A DNA stretch of 64,000 nucleotides, from positions 448,001-512,000 of the forward strand of contig OZ219787.1 in NCBI GenBank assembly GCA_964291285.2, written 5' to 3'. Below are positions 8,408 to 18,038 of the stretch, piece by piece. Position 1 is the stretch's first letter. Every line of letters starts with the position of its first letter. The notes beneath the pieces were generated by a model, which had not been told where the DNA came from, ran no database searches, and saw nothing but the letters and a program-made list of their open reading frames with translations. The position numbers were made by a program, and so were the translations under genes. This DNA comes from Alphaproteobacteria bacterium. GTDB taxonomy: Bacteria > Pseudomonadota > Alphaproteobacteria > Bin95.

Positions 8408-10792
8408 CTACCGGACCTGGCGCAGGAACTCGGGGATCTCCGTCGGGTGGGCGGCATGCCCGTTGACCGGACCGGTCGCCCCGATGTCGTCCGGCCCGTT
8501 CGCGGCGACCGTGCCGGGATCAATCTCCCCGGCATCGCCCGGATCGGTCTCAGGAGCGGTATCGCCCGCGTCGGCGGCGCCGTTGCCGGCCTCCGCCGCT
8601 GCGCCTTTCGGGGATTCCGGTTCGGCAGCGGTCTGCGTCGCATGACCGTTGCCGGCCGGCGCCGTTGGACCGGTTCCGGAGGTCGCTTCGGCGGGTTCCG
8701 GGGTTGCGGCGGCGTCCGTCGCCGCATCCCCGGCGCCGCCGACCGTGCGCCCGGTGTCGAACGCGGTGAAGCCGGGCGGCGTCCAGGCGAGCGCGGCGGC
8801 GTGCATCGCGGCGCTCACCCCGACCGGCGGGTCGCCGGCGGCGAAGGCGGCATCCATCGCCTCGGCGAGCGCGGGCTTCCTGTATTTCGACCGCGCCGAG
8901 GCCCAGTTGATGCCGAACACCGTGCGGGCGATGTCGAGGATGCGGCTCTTTGCGATACGCGACCACAGCATCGCCGCCGTCGGGCGGACATGCTGCGCGA
9001 AGTCGATGCCGAGCCGGGCCACCGTGGCTTCGAGCTCCGGCCGCGCCTGCGGCTCGAAGGCGAGCTGGCCCTTCGCCGTGCGCGCAACGCAGGCCGCGAA
9101 CAGCGCCTCCTTCTCCGCCTCGGACAGCGCCCGGAGCGCCGCGAAGGATCCGCCGTCGTCCTCGATGGTCAGCCAGTCGAGCGACAGGTGCGAGCGGTCT
9201 GCCAGCATGGCCTCGCCCGGCGACCAGGCCGCGAAACCGGCATCGTTCATGCGGGTCATGGGCCTGTCGGGGGTTTCCCTGACCGCGATGTCGAGGGCGT
9301 GGCCGTGACGGCCCGGCGCGAACACGGCGCGGCCCATCCGGAACAGCGCGAGGTCGAAGGCGGCCTCGAAGTCGCCGGCGAGATGCGCCTTGACCAGCGC
9401 GGTGCGGATCGCGCGCAGGTCGTCGGCGAGCCCGACGCCGACGCCCGCCTCCCTGCGCGCCTCGGATTCGGGGTCCTTCGGCGGCGCCATGGGCGTCGAG
9501 ACGCACGGGCCGGTGGTGTGAACGCCGTGACCGGCGGTGTGGGCATGGGCATCTTGCGCGGCGGCGTGCGCGTCGTGGCCGTTGCCGGCGGCGCCGGTTT
9601 CCGCCGGCATGTCCTCGGGCTTCACCAGGCCCTGGATGACCTGCATCGCGCCGTCATGGCCGACGGTGACGATGCAGCCGGCGATCGCGAAGTCCTCGCG
9701 CCGGAACACCGCGCGCGCCTCGACGGCGGCCTCGATCCCGTCGATCCGGGCCTCGACGGCCTCCGCTTCGGCGGCCAGTTCCTCGGTCCACTCGTCGTCA
9801 TCGAGATTGACGAGTTCGTCGTGGCGGGTCGTCAGCTTGTCGATCTCGGCCCGCTCCGCGTCGGTCGGCGTACCGGGCCGGGGCTCGATGCGCCCGTAAC
9901 GGGCGGTGTCGCTCCAGTCGACCTCGACCATGGGGACAGCCCACTTCCAGCGCGTCGCCAGCTCGTCGGCGGCGGCCCGGAGCTTCTCCGCCGCGAGCTT
10001 TTCCAGCAGCACCGGGTCCTCGAACCAGACGCCGTGCTCGTATTCGTCGGCGAACAGGTCGCGCATGACCTGGCCGCCCGCGGCCTCGTAGGCATCGACC
10101 CCGACGAAGCGGGCCACGGCCGAGGCGCCCGGCACGCGCTCTTCGGTCAGCAGGCGCTTCACCTGCCAAGCCGACGGGCGGGCGGCCTGTCCGGAGAGTT
10201 GTTCCCATACCGTCATCTGGCGCGCGCGGTCGGCGGTGACGGCGAAGGCCTTGAGCACTTCGAGGTCGATCCCGCCGGCCCGGTAGGCGTCCAGAAGCTC
10301 GGGCGCGGCGTTGCCGAGGCGCAGGCGCTGCTCGACGGTGCGCTCGGAGGCGCCGAACCGCGCCGCGATGGCGGCAACCGGCTGGCCGGCGTCGGCCAGC
10401 TTCGTGAACGCGACCACCTGGTCGGCCGGGTGCATGGCGATGCGGACCACGTTCTCGGCGAGCGAGAGTTCGGCCGGCTCGGCGTCGCCGGTCCTGACCA
10501 GGCAGGGCACCGGGTGGTCGGCGTCGAGCGCCTTGTCCCCGACGAGCGCCTGCATGGCCTTGAGGCGGCGCCCGCCGGCGACCACGGCATAGCGCCCGAT
10601 GCCGTCCGAACCGGGCTCCTCGGGCCGGACGACGAGGTTCTCCAGCAGGCCGAGGGCGGCGATCGAGGCCTTGAGCTCGGCGTCGGCCCGGGCATCGGGC
10701 GGGGTCTTGCGGACATTCTCGGGGGCGAGGCCGAGCCGGGCGAGCGGGATGTCCCGGATCAGCGGCGCGGCCCCGGGGGCGATGAAGTTCAT
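8408..10792 (-). CDS. Long ParB/RepB/Spo0J-family protein of ICE type (794 aa)
   Basis: ENVRKT, LKASIAALGLLENLVV, VVAGGRRLKA (CTP-box), SLAENVVR and an HTH. The ORF-track start at 11752 overlaps the vWA gene, so the likely start is 10792 (or 10804). Confidence 0.9.
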   Translation of the reverse strand: MNFIAPGAAPLIRDIPLARLGLAPENVRKTPPDARADAELKASIAALGLLENLVVRPEEPGSDGIGRYAVVAGGRRLKAMQALVGDKALDADHPVPCLVRTGDAEPAELSLAENVVRIAMHPADQVVAFTKLADAGQPVAAIAARFGASERTVEQRLRLGNAAPELLDAYRAGGIDLEVLKAFAVTADRARQMTVWEQLSGQAARPSAWQVKRLLTEERVPGASAVARFVGVDAYEAAGGQVMRDLFADEYEHGVWFEDPVLLEKLAAEKLRAAADELATRWKWAVPMVEVDWSDTARYGRIEPRPGTPTDAERAEIDKLTTRHDELVNLDDDEWTEELAAEAEAVEARIDGIEAAVEARAVFRREDFAIAGCIVTVGHDGAMQVIQGLVKPEDMPAETGAAGNGHDAHAAAQDAHAHTAGHGVHTTGPCVSTPMAPPKDPESEARREAGVGVGLADDLRAIRTALVKAHLAGDFEAAFDLALFRMGRAVFAPGRHGHALDIAVRETPDRPMTRMNDAGFAAWSPGEAMLADRSHLSLDWLTIEDDGGSFAALRALSEAEKEALFAACVARTAKGQLAFEPQARPELEATVARLGIDFAQHVRPTAAMLWSRIAKSRILDIARTVFGINWASARSKYRKPALAEAMDAAFAAGDPPVGVSAAMHAAALAWTPPGFTAFDTGRTVGGAGDAATDAAATPEPAEATSGTGPTAPAGNGHATQTAAEPESPKGAAAEAGNGAADAGDTAPETDPGDAGEIDPGTVAANGPDDIGATGPVNGHAAHPTEIPEFLRQVR

Positions 10793-11124
10793 GCCAGTCT
10801 CCATGGAGGGTTGCGGACGGTCGGCGCGGGCGGCCCACTCCGGCTGCCCCGCGCCTGCCCGGACCGCCGCCCCGCTCCGGCTCCGGGCGGTGCGGTCCGG
10901 CGGGCGCCGGCGCCGGATACGGGCCGACGGCGCGGTGCGGCGGTATCGGAAACGGCGGCAGACGGCGCGCGGCCGGAAGTGGTCCGGCCGGCGCTGCTGC
11001 GGGCGGGGAGCGGCGGTCAGCCCCGCGTCACGGGGTCGGATGCGCAGGCGGCCGGCAGCGCCGGGGGCCGCCGGCAGACGAAGGCGCCGTGGAGGGTCGG
11101 GAAGCGGCGCGCCGCCGTCGGAGG

Positions 11125-12438
11125 TCAGGCGGCGATGTCGATGCGCTCGCCCCAGGGCGCGGGTCGCCGCCACGGGCTGTCCCCGTGGTCGCACCACAGC
11201 ACCGGGAACGATGGTTCCGTCTCCGGATAGCGGGAGCATTCCATGTCGGTGAAGTAGAGGCACACGCCCGGCTGTATCCCCTGCTCGTCGAGCCATGCGA
11301 AGCCCGGGCGGAAGTCGGTGCCGCCCCGGCCCCTGACGGCGATCTCGCCGGGAAGCTCGTCCGGCGCGTATTCCGCCGCGTCCTGCACCGCTGCATCGAC
11401 CTGGAGCACGACGACGCGCCCGGGCCGGATGTCTGCCGCGACCTCGCGCAGTTCGGCCCAGAACGCGGCCAGCGTCTCCGCCGGCAGCGAGCCGGAGGTG
11501 TCGACGATGACGGCGATCGTATCCATGCCCTCGGAACGGATCGAGGGGAGATAGAGGCCGGAGTCGATGAAGCGCCGGTTGGGGACGCTCCAGCTGTAGT
11601 CGCTCTTCGCCGCGTCGGTCATGTGGCGGCGCAGCAGCGAGCGCCAGTCGAGCGCGCCCGCATGGGCGCCGCGGACGGTTTCCTCGACCGCGCCGGGCAA
11701 CCGGCCTTCGGCCCTGGCGAGACCGAGCGCCTGGTGCATGGCCTCGTCCCATGCCTGTTCCTCCCGCGTCATGTTGCCCGGCGAAGGCGCGGCGTCCCCG
11801 GCGCCGCCCGCCGGCGCGTCCATGACCTCGCCGGTGCCCGACGGATCGCAGCTTGCGTCGCCGCCGTTGCCATTGCTCGGCGCCTCCGCCGTGCCGTCGT
11901 CTCTCCCGGCATCGCCGTTACCGGATTGCTCGCCGTCATCGCCCCCGTCGGCCGTTGGAGCTTCGGCTCCATCGGTGCTCGAACCTCCTCCGGCGTCCGG
12001 CGGATTGCCGCCGCCGGATCCATCTTCGTCCGACTCCGGCAATTGCTCGTATGCTTCCTCGACGCTGATCCCGTCCCATGCCTCCGCGTCGGGCGGCAGG
12101 GTGAAGCCGGCATCGCGCAGCAGGCCGTGGGTGACGAGCTGCGAGGCCAGCTGCCAGCGCTCCGGTTCGCGTTCGCCCCGGCGCGTGTGGTGCTTCAGCG
12201 CACAGGCCAGCACCACCCGGGCGATCGCGGTCTCGATAAGGTGCGCCCCGGTCTCCGCGACCCATTGCGGCGAATAGCGGATCTCCCGCCCGTCGCTCGC
12301 CAGCGTCTTGCGGCCGGTGTCGGCGCGGACCGGCAGGCGGAGCGCCAGGCTGCCGAAGAAGGGCTGCTCCCGCAGCAGCGCGGTCACGCAGCGGCTCACC
12401 CGCTGCGCCGACTCCGGGCAAGGGCGGGCGCCCATCAC
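11125..12438 (-). CDS. DUF2201-type metallopeptidase-like + vWA protein (zinc motif lost)
   Basis: LLREQPFFGSLALRL...TLASDG N-domain, acidic Gly-rich linker, vWA MIDAS VDTSGS / GGTDF / YFTD. The expected HExxH position reads ARVVLACALKH. Confidence 0.85.
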   Translation of the reverse strand: MMGARPCPESAQRVSRCVTALLREQPFFGSLALRLPVRADTGRKTLASDGREIRYSPQWVAETGAHLIETAIARVVLACALKHHTRRGEREPERWQLASQLVTHGLLRDAGFTLPPDAEAWDGISVEEAYEQLPESDEDGSGGGNPPDAGGGSSTDGAEAPTADGGDDGEQSGNGDAGRDDGTAEAPSNGNGGDASCDPSGTGEVMDAPAGGAGDAAPSPGNMTREEQAWDEAMHQALGLARAEGRLPGAVEETVRGAHAGALDWRSLLRRHMTDAAKSDYSWSVPNRRFIDSGLYLPSIRSEGMDTIAVIVDTSGSLPAETLAAFWAELREVAADIRPGRVVVLQVDAAVQDAAEYAPDELPGEIAVRGRGGTDFRPGFAWLDEQGIQPGVCLYFTDMECSRYPETEPSFPVLWCDHGDSPWRRPAPWGERIDIAA

Positions 12439-13334
12439 GCGGCCTCCCGCGCCGGGGAGACCTCCGCCGCGAAATATCCCGCGAACCTCTCCGCCAGCGC
12501 ATCCGCGTCGCGCTTCACCCGCGCGCGGGCGACCGGATCGAAGTTCCGGGACGGCCTGAGCGCGTCCGGCTCGACGGCGGCGATCTTCTCCTTCACCTGC
12601 CCGCAGAGCCGGGCGAGTTCGTCGTCGCCGAAGATATTCAGCCGCGGCACGATGTCGACAAGGTCGCGGATGTTGCCGATCATCGAGTCCCGGAACACCA
12701 GCGGCTTGCCCTCGCCGTCCTCCCGCAGGCGTTCGGAGACCCGCTCCACGGCCTCGCCCAGGCGCCGGTAGAGGTCGCCCACCGCACCGTGCAGCCGTTC
12801 CTCCACCTGGCTCTCGATGTCGCGCTTCACCCGGTCGGCGTCGTCGGAGGCGAGCTTCGCCATGAAATGGTCGGCGTCGGGCACCGGGACGATCCGCCAG
12901 CGCAGGCCGAACCTGTCCCGGAGGTCTTCCTTCGAGGGATAGTCCCCGATGCGGAACAGCTTGCCGAGGTCGAGCCGGGCCTTTTCGATATTGTCGTCAT
13001 AGTCCTCGATGAAGCGGGCGCGCTCGCGCACCATGCGCTCGCGCAAGCCGTCCATCAGCCCGGTGTAGCGCTCGTGGTTGGCGACGGGGAGCAGCCGGCA
13101 TCCCCGGTCGTCCCAAGGCAGGGTCTGGGCGTCATGGGCCGCGCGCGCCGCGCTGACGGTGGCATTGAGCGCGGCGAAGGCGGCCCTTGGCAGCAGGCAC
13201 TTGTTGTAGCGCCCGGCGGTGACGCTCGCCTCGTGGTGGACGGCGACATGGGTGCTGGCCTGCCGGTCATGGAGCCGGCCCGACCAGGCGGCGATGCGCA
13301 GGCTGACCAGCATGGCGTCGTGGCTGAGGTTCAT
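12435..13334 (-). CDS. DUF3150-like conserved MGE protein (299 aa)
   Basis: AGGAG RBS. MLVSLRIAAWSGRLHD...GRYNKCLL...TLPWDDRGCRLLP...YPS...FRDS...LNIFGD pattern. Overlaps the start of the vWA gene. Family assignment is from recall. Confidence 0.65.
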   Translation of the reverse strand: MNLSHDAMLVSLRIAAWSGRLHDRQASTHVAVHHEASVTAGRYNKCLLPRAAFAALNATVSAARAAHDAQTLPWDDRGCRLLPVANHERYTGLMDGLRERMVRERARFIEDYDDNIEKARLDLGKLFRIGDYPSKEDLRDRFGLRWRIVPVPDADHFMAKLASDDADRVKRDIESQVEERLHGAVGDLYRRLGEAVERVSERLREDGEGKPLVFRDSMIGNIRDLVDIVPRLNIFGDDELARLCGQVKEKIAAVEPDALRPSRNFDPVARARVKRDADALAERFAGYFAAEVSPAREAA

Positions 13335-13356
13335 GGGTGTTCTCCTGAAGGGGCGG

Positions 13357-14364
13357 TCATTGCGTGCGCGCGGCGGCCCAGCGGATGAAGGCGGGCGAGT
13401 GCTGGAGGGCGGGGTCGCGCCGGATGCAGGACCCGACCAGGAACTCGCCGACCTCGCGGCGCAGCCGCCCGGCATAGGTGACGATGGCGTCGAGCGTGAT
13501 GTCGTCGGCCATGCGGTAGAGCGCGATCAGGGCGCTGGCGTTGTCCGGCACGACCGCGTTCCCGGGATCGTCCAGCACGGCCCGGGGATGGGGCAGTTCG
13601 CGCCACACCTTCAGGAAGGCCGAGAACTCGACCGCCGCCGCCTCGCCCACCGTGCCCCGGAACAGCGCCCGCTCGACCGAGGGGTCGGGACCGGCGCGCC
13701 GGTTGACGATGCCGGAGACCATCTCCCAGGTCCGGGGGCAGCAGAACGCCTTCTCCTTCGCCTGCGGATCGAAGCTGTGCAGCAGGTCCGGGCGCATCCG
13801 GATGTAGAACAGCACCTCGGGTGCGATGCCGTTGGCCGCCCCCCAGGCAAGCCAGTCTTCCGCGTCCACCCGGACCTCCAGATGGACGAAGCGGGAGGCC
13901 AGCGGCGTCGGCATCCGGTGGACCACGCCGCGGTCGCTCTCGCGGTTGCCGCAGGCGATCAGCGAGGCGCCCCCGGGCAGCTCGTATTCGCCCACCTTGC
14001 GGTCGAGCACCAGCTGGTAGAGCGCCGCCTGCACCATCGGCACGGCGGACGGCAGTTCCTCCAGGTTGACGAGCCAGCGGCCGGGGTCGTCCGCCGGCGG
14101 CAGAAAGGCCGGCGGCGCCCAGCGGGTGCGCCCGTCGGCATCGCGCCACGGAATGCCGCGCAGGTCCACCGGGTCGAGCAGCAACGCGCGCACGTCGACA
14201 TAGCGGCGCGAACCCTCGGCGGCGGCCTGCTGCGCGAGCGCGCTCTTGGCGCAGCCCGGCGCGCCCCACAGGATGCAGGGCTGGCGGGCCTCGACCAGCA
14301 GCGCCAGGGTCGGCGCAAGCTCGCTCGGACGCAGCGTGTAGTCGGCGGAAACGGTGTCGGTCAT
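13357..14364 (-). CDS. MoxR/AAA_5-type AAA+ ATPase with variant Walker motifs
   Basis: WGAPGCAKS (Walker A), DPVDLRGIP, LVNLEEL (Walker B), ACGNR (sensor 1), PLASRF (Arg finger). GGAGG RBS. Confidence 0.9.
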   Translation of the reverse strand: MTDTVSADYTLRPSELAPTLALLVEARQPCILWGAPGCAKSALAQQAAAEGSRRYVDVRALLLDPVDLRGIPWRDADGRTRWAPPAFLPPADDPGRWLVNLEELPSAVPMVQAALYQLVLDRKVGEYELPGGASLIACGNRESDRGVVHRMPTPLASRFVHLEVRVDAEDWLAWGAANGIAPEVLFYIRMRPDLLHSFDPQAKEKAFCCPRTWEMVSGIVNRRAGPDPSVERALFRGTVGEAAAVEFSAFLKVWRELPHPRAVLDDPGNAVVPDNASALIALYRMADDITLDAIVTYAGRLRREVGEFLVGSCIRRDPALQHSPAFIRWAAARTQ

Positions 14365-14559
14365 CGGCGGCCTCCGGAATGGCGGAAATGCGGCGCGGGC
14401 TCCCTCCGGGCGCCCGGCCGTTCACCCGAACCTCCGCGGCCCTTTCCTCATCGTGCCGGGGAAGCTTGTGCCGGCGCGCCGCACGGGGGGCCGGCGCAGG
14501 GCGGCAGTGTGCGGTCAGGCGCCGACCGGGTCCGCCAGGGTCTTCGAGGTCGCCGCCGC

Positions 14560-14830
14560 CAGCCAGGGAAACGCCGGTCAGTACCGGAAGCGGCCTGCCC
14601 GTAGGCGACAGCGTGTGGCCGCTGCGTTCGGTCCGCGCATGGCGCCGGTTAAAGACCGGGCGGAACCCGGCCGCCGTCCGCCGGTCCCCGGGCGACGGGA
14701 AAATGCAGAATGAGCAGCTGCACCGCGACAGATGGCGGTAGATCCGGTGTGGCAACTGGCCGGCGTTCCGGATGACGCGGAACACGTCGTTTGCAGGATT
14801 CTGTCGGCTTGTCCCTGCATCCAGCCTCGT
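14560..14830 (-). pseudogene. C-terminal remnant of a PAPS-reductase-family gene
   Basis: DVFRVIRNAGQLPHRIYRHLSRCSCSFCIF...GHTLSPTGRPLP matches the C-terminal SCxxC region of MGE PAPS-reductase-like proteins. It is cut by IS630 and no intact N-terminus is visible. Confidence 0.6.
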
Positions 14831-14832
14831 TA

Positions 14833-16000
14833 TACCAGCGGGCATAGTTCAGAACCCATTGGCCCATTTTCGGGTTCCGATGGAGGCGATGCGTTCTGGT
14901 TGTGAGACGAGATTGTTCCAGGCCTGGCAGCAGTGATCGAGTATGTCGTCGTAGTTCTGGAAGACGCGGTTCGAGAGCCAATTTTCGCGCATGAACTGCC
15001 AGACATTCTCGACGGGATTGAGTTCGGGGGACCGGGGCGGGAGCGGCATCAGGGTTATGTTGTCGGGGACTTTGAGGGCCGGGGATGTGTGCCATCCGGC
15101 CCGGTCGAGCATGACGAGGGCATGGGCTCCGGGTTCAACGGTGAGGGCGACCTCGGCGAGGTGGGCGTTGAGTGCCTCCGTGTTGGCGTGGGGCATGACG
15201 AGGCCGGCGGCCTTGCCCTTCTGCGGGCATATGGCGCCGAAGATGTAGGCCGAGATGGTTCTCTGGTCCTTGGGCGCTGACGGTCGGGTGCCGCGTTTAG
15301 CCCATCGCCGGGTGATCTTGTTCTTCTGCCCGACGCGCGCCTCGTCCTGCCACCAGACTTCGACCTCGACGCCGTCGCCGAGTGCAGCGCGGATCTCCTT
15401 CAGGCGGTCGGGGAAGTTTTTTTGAACCCTGCCAGCGCGGCTTCGTCCTGGGCATAGTGGCGCGGGCGCGCAGAGAGCCTGGCGTAGCCCATCCGGCGCA
15501 ACTCCCGCCCGACCGTCGTCTCCGCCAACGAGATGCCGAACTGCTCGCTGAGCCATGCCGCCAGGTCGCAGCGCCGCCACCGCACCACGCCGTGGATCGC
15601 CGGGTCCGGACCGCTCTCCACAACCGCCGCCAGCGCCGCGCGCTGCTCCCCGTTCAACTTGCGCGGCGGACCTGAGGCCTTGCGATCCTTCAATCCCTCC
15701 GGGCCTTCCGCGTTGAAGCGAAGAACCCAGTCCCGGATGATCTGCAAGCCCACCCCCGCAAAACGCGCCGCATCCGAACGACGGTAACCGTCGTAAATCA
15801 CCGCAAGCGCAAGAAGGCGACGGTTCTGCGAACCATCCCGGCTCCGCTGCGCCAAGCCGCGCAACTGCGCCGCATCAAAATCCTCCCTCAAGGGGATTGC
15901 TGCCCTCATAACGACCCTCCAATCGCAGAATCGCTATTGAGTCAGAACTCGATAACCTTGGGAATCCCCTCAATGAGTCTCAACCCTCAACCGCTGGTAT
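14833..16000 (-). mobile_element. IS630-family insertion sequence (~1.17 kb)
   Basis: TA at 14831-14832 and 16001-16002. Terminal IR TACCAGCGG / CCGCTGGTA(T). Two-ORF transposase inside. Confidence 0.92.
14849..15909 (-). CDS. IS630 transposase, orfA (15400-15909) + orfB joined by -1 frameshift
   Basis: HTH orfA. A7C slippery run at 15416-15423 (FKKT / KNF). DDE motifs WQDEAR, MLDRAGWH and SPELNPVE. Confidence 0.92.
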
Positions 16001-16194
16001 TACGGCCCAGTCGTGGGAATCGCCTGATCCCGCCGCGACAGATGCGATGCACCTGGACACCCTGACGGACGAATCCACGCTCAAGCGGAGGGGTCTTCTC
16101 CCCCGCGACCCCAGGAGCACCGGGATCACCGTCGAGCACAGGACCATAGGAGCACCGGGAACACTACGATCCCGTGGCAATCCCTTGATCTCCG

Positions 16195-16345
16195 GCCATT
16201 ATTTCCGACTGCGCATTCCAATTCATATCTTGGATTGACACTATATTTTTCTGATTCATATATCAAATCGATCTAATAAAACCTCCGGCCGGAAAACCTA
16301 TTTAGTATTAAGTCCTTGATTTACTGTGTTTTTCTATTATGTTTT
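16195..16345. promoter_or_regulatory. AT-rich divergent control region
   Basis: Abrupt AT-rich tract between the leftward ICE array and the rightward operon. Perfect TTGACA at 16235-16240 followed by an imperfect -10-like CATATAT. Confidence 0.45.
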
Positions 16346-16504
16346 CCAGCAACGGACATTTGCAGCGGATGTGTCGATTCCAAACGGCCTATTCCGGTGC
16401 GCGGCACGGAGCGGAGCGAAGCACGTGCGGGCAAGATTGTTCCGCAGGGCCGGGCGTCCACACCCCGGCCCGATCTTTCGGCCAAACGCCAAGAGGAGCA
16501 AGAC

Positions 16505-17086
16505 ATGGCGACGGAAAGCAAGAAACGCCTCAGCAAGATCGCCCGCCAGAAGCTGCGCATGCGCGATACGCTGTGGCCCGAACTTGACGAGGCGCGATTG
16601 TGGTCGCGCGAGCGGTCGGACGGCTGGCTCAGCATGCCACGGCCGATGCCGCTGCTCATGAAGGTCATGGACAGCCTGTCCAAGGGTAAGCCGGTTTCCT
16701 CGACCTATCTCGACCTCTGGTGCCGGACTTACGACGACTCCTTCGTTATCGCCAACAAGGACCGCGAGATGGCGTACTTCTCAGGGTTCAGCGGCGAGCG
16801 GGCCGTACGCACTTGGACAATGCGCATGCGAACCCTCAATGACCTCGGCTTTATCGATATCAAGAGCGGACCGAACGGGCCGATCAGCTACGTCCTGATT
16901 TTCAACCCCTACCTCGTCGTGCGCCAACTCTATGAAGCCGGCCAAATCAACGAAACCTTCTTCAACTCCCTCGCCCAGCGGATGATCGAGATCGGCGCTC
17001 ACGACCTCAGCGACCCGCCTGACGAGGAAGAGGCGAAACCCCCATCCGTCCGACGCCGTCGCCGCGCCGGAAAGGCAACAGCATGA
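16505..17086 (+). CDS. Conserved hypothetical protein, probable winged-helix DNA-binding protein (193 aa)
   Basis: GAGGAG RBS before ATG 16505. EMAYFSGFSGERAVRTWTMRMRTLNDLGFIDIK resembles a wHTH recognition helix plus wing. Basic termini. Confidence 0.65.
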   Translation: MATESKKRLSKIARQKLRMRDTLWPELDEARLWSRERSDGWLSMPRPMPLLMKVMDSLSKGKPVSSTYLDLWCRTYDDSFVIANKDREMAYFSGFSGERAVRTWTMRMRTLNDLGFIDIKSGPNGPISYVLIFNPYLVVRQLYEAGQINETFFNSLAQRMIEIGAHDLSDPPDEEEAKPPSVRRRRRAGKATA

Positions 17087-17349
17087 GCACAGAAAACAAG
17101 GAATCGAGCGCCGAAACGGATGACGACAATCCGGCCGACGCGACCAATGGTGGAGAACCTGCCACGCCGCAGACCAACTTTGACCGGCTGATCGCGCATC
17201 TGCCCGAGGACAGCCTCGCCGCGAAACTCGTGACCGCCTACGCGGCGTCAGGCGAGGCAGCACCCGCCGATGCCATCGCAGAGGTCGCCGCAAACCGTCT
17301 CGATGAACTGAAGCAGAGCCATGACAACACTGAAGATCAACAAGATTGA
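17083..17349 (+). CDS. Small acidic hypothetical protein (88 aa)
   Basis: ATGA overlap with the upstream gene and overlap with the downstream ATPase start. Confidence 0.6.
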   Translation: MSTENKESSAETDDDNPADATNGGEPATPQTNFDRLIAHLPEDSLAAKLVTAYAASGEAAPADAIAEVAANRLDELKQSHDNTEDQQD

Positions 17350-17965
17350 GATGCAGGGCTTCCGGGCTTTCGGCCGGAAGGCACAGACGCTGTCCTTCGG
17401 CTCGTCACTGGCCGCCATCTGGGCACCGAACAGCCAGGGCAAGACCAGCCTTGCCGAGGCGTTCGAGTTCCTGCTGACCGGACAGATCGTCCGTCGCCAG
17501 CTCTTGGCCAGCACCCAGGACGAATTCGCTGACGCCCTGCGCAACGCCCATATGCCAGCCGCCATACCCACATACGTCGAGGCGGAGATCACCGGCATTG
17601 ACGGCCGGACGCACAACGTCAGGCGGACACTGATCTCGGACTACGCCAAGCGGAAAGACTGCCAGTCAGCCCTGCAGATCGACGGCGTCGAGGCTAATGA
17701 AAGCGATCTCGCCACCCTCGGCATCGTGCTCTCGCAACCGCCCCTCGCGGCGCCGGTCCTCGCTCAGCACACGCTCGGTTATCTCTTTTCCGCCCGGCCG
17801 CAGGACCGCGCCACGTATTTCAAGAGGATCCTTGAAGTCACGGATCTGGAAGAACTGCGAGGCGCGGTGGCGGGGCTCGACGCCGGGTTCAAGCCCGATG
17901 ACGGCGACCGCCACTTAAGCCGGCTTGCTGCTGCCGCAGCCATCGAGAACGCGGAGCCACTTCTA
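17321..17965 (+). pseudogene. SMC/RecF/Rad50-like ABC ATPase, N-terminal 215 codons, truncated by IS5
   Basis: KINKIEMQGFRAF, Walker A WAPNSQGKTSLAEAFEFLLTG, Q-loop VLAQ. The sequence switches to the IS end after CTA at 17963-17965 and the remainder is absent from the window. Confidence 0.85.
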
Positions 17966-18038
17966 GGTCGTGTACCCATAAGGGGTTTCTTCTTCAGCGC
18001 AGCTGTGATTCAAGCTCCCAACTTCAGGGAACGAGGAC

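Noticed and set aside
10793-11752. N-terminal extension making ParB 1114 aa
   Set aside because: Overlaps the vWA gene on the same strand and is low-complexity Arg/Pro/Ala. ParB homology starts at 10792.
15416-15423. Frameshifts in the IS630 (A7C) and IS5 (A6G, 18353-18359) transposases as pseudogenisation
   Set aside because: Typical programmed -1 frameshift sites for these families, neither lesions nor novel.
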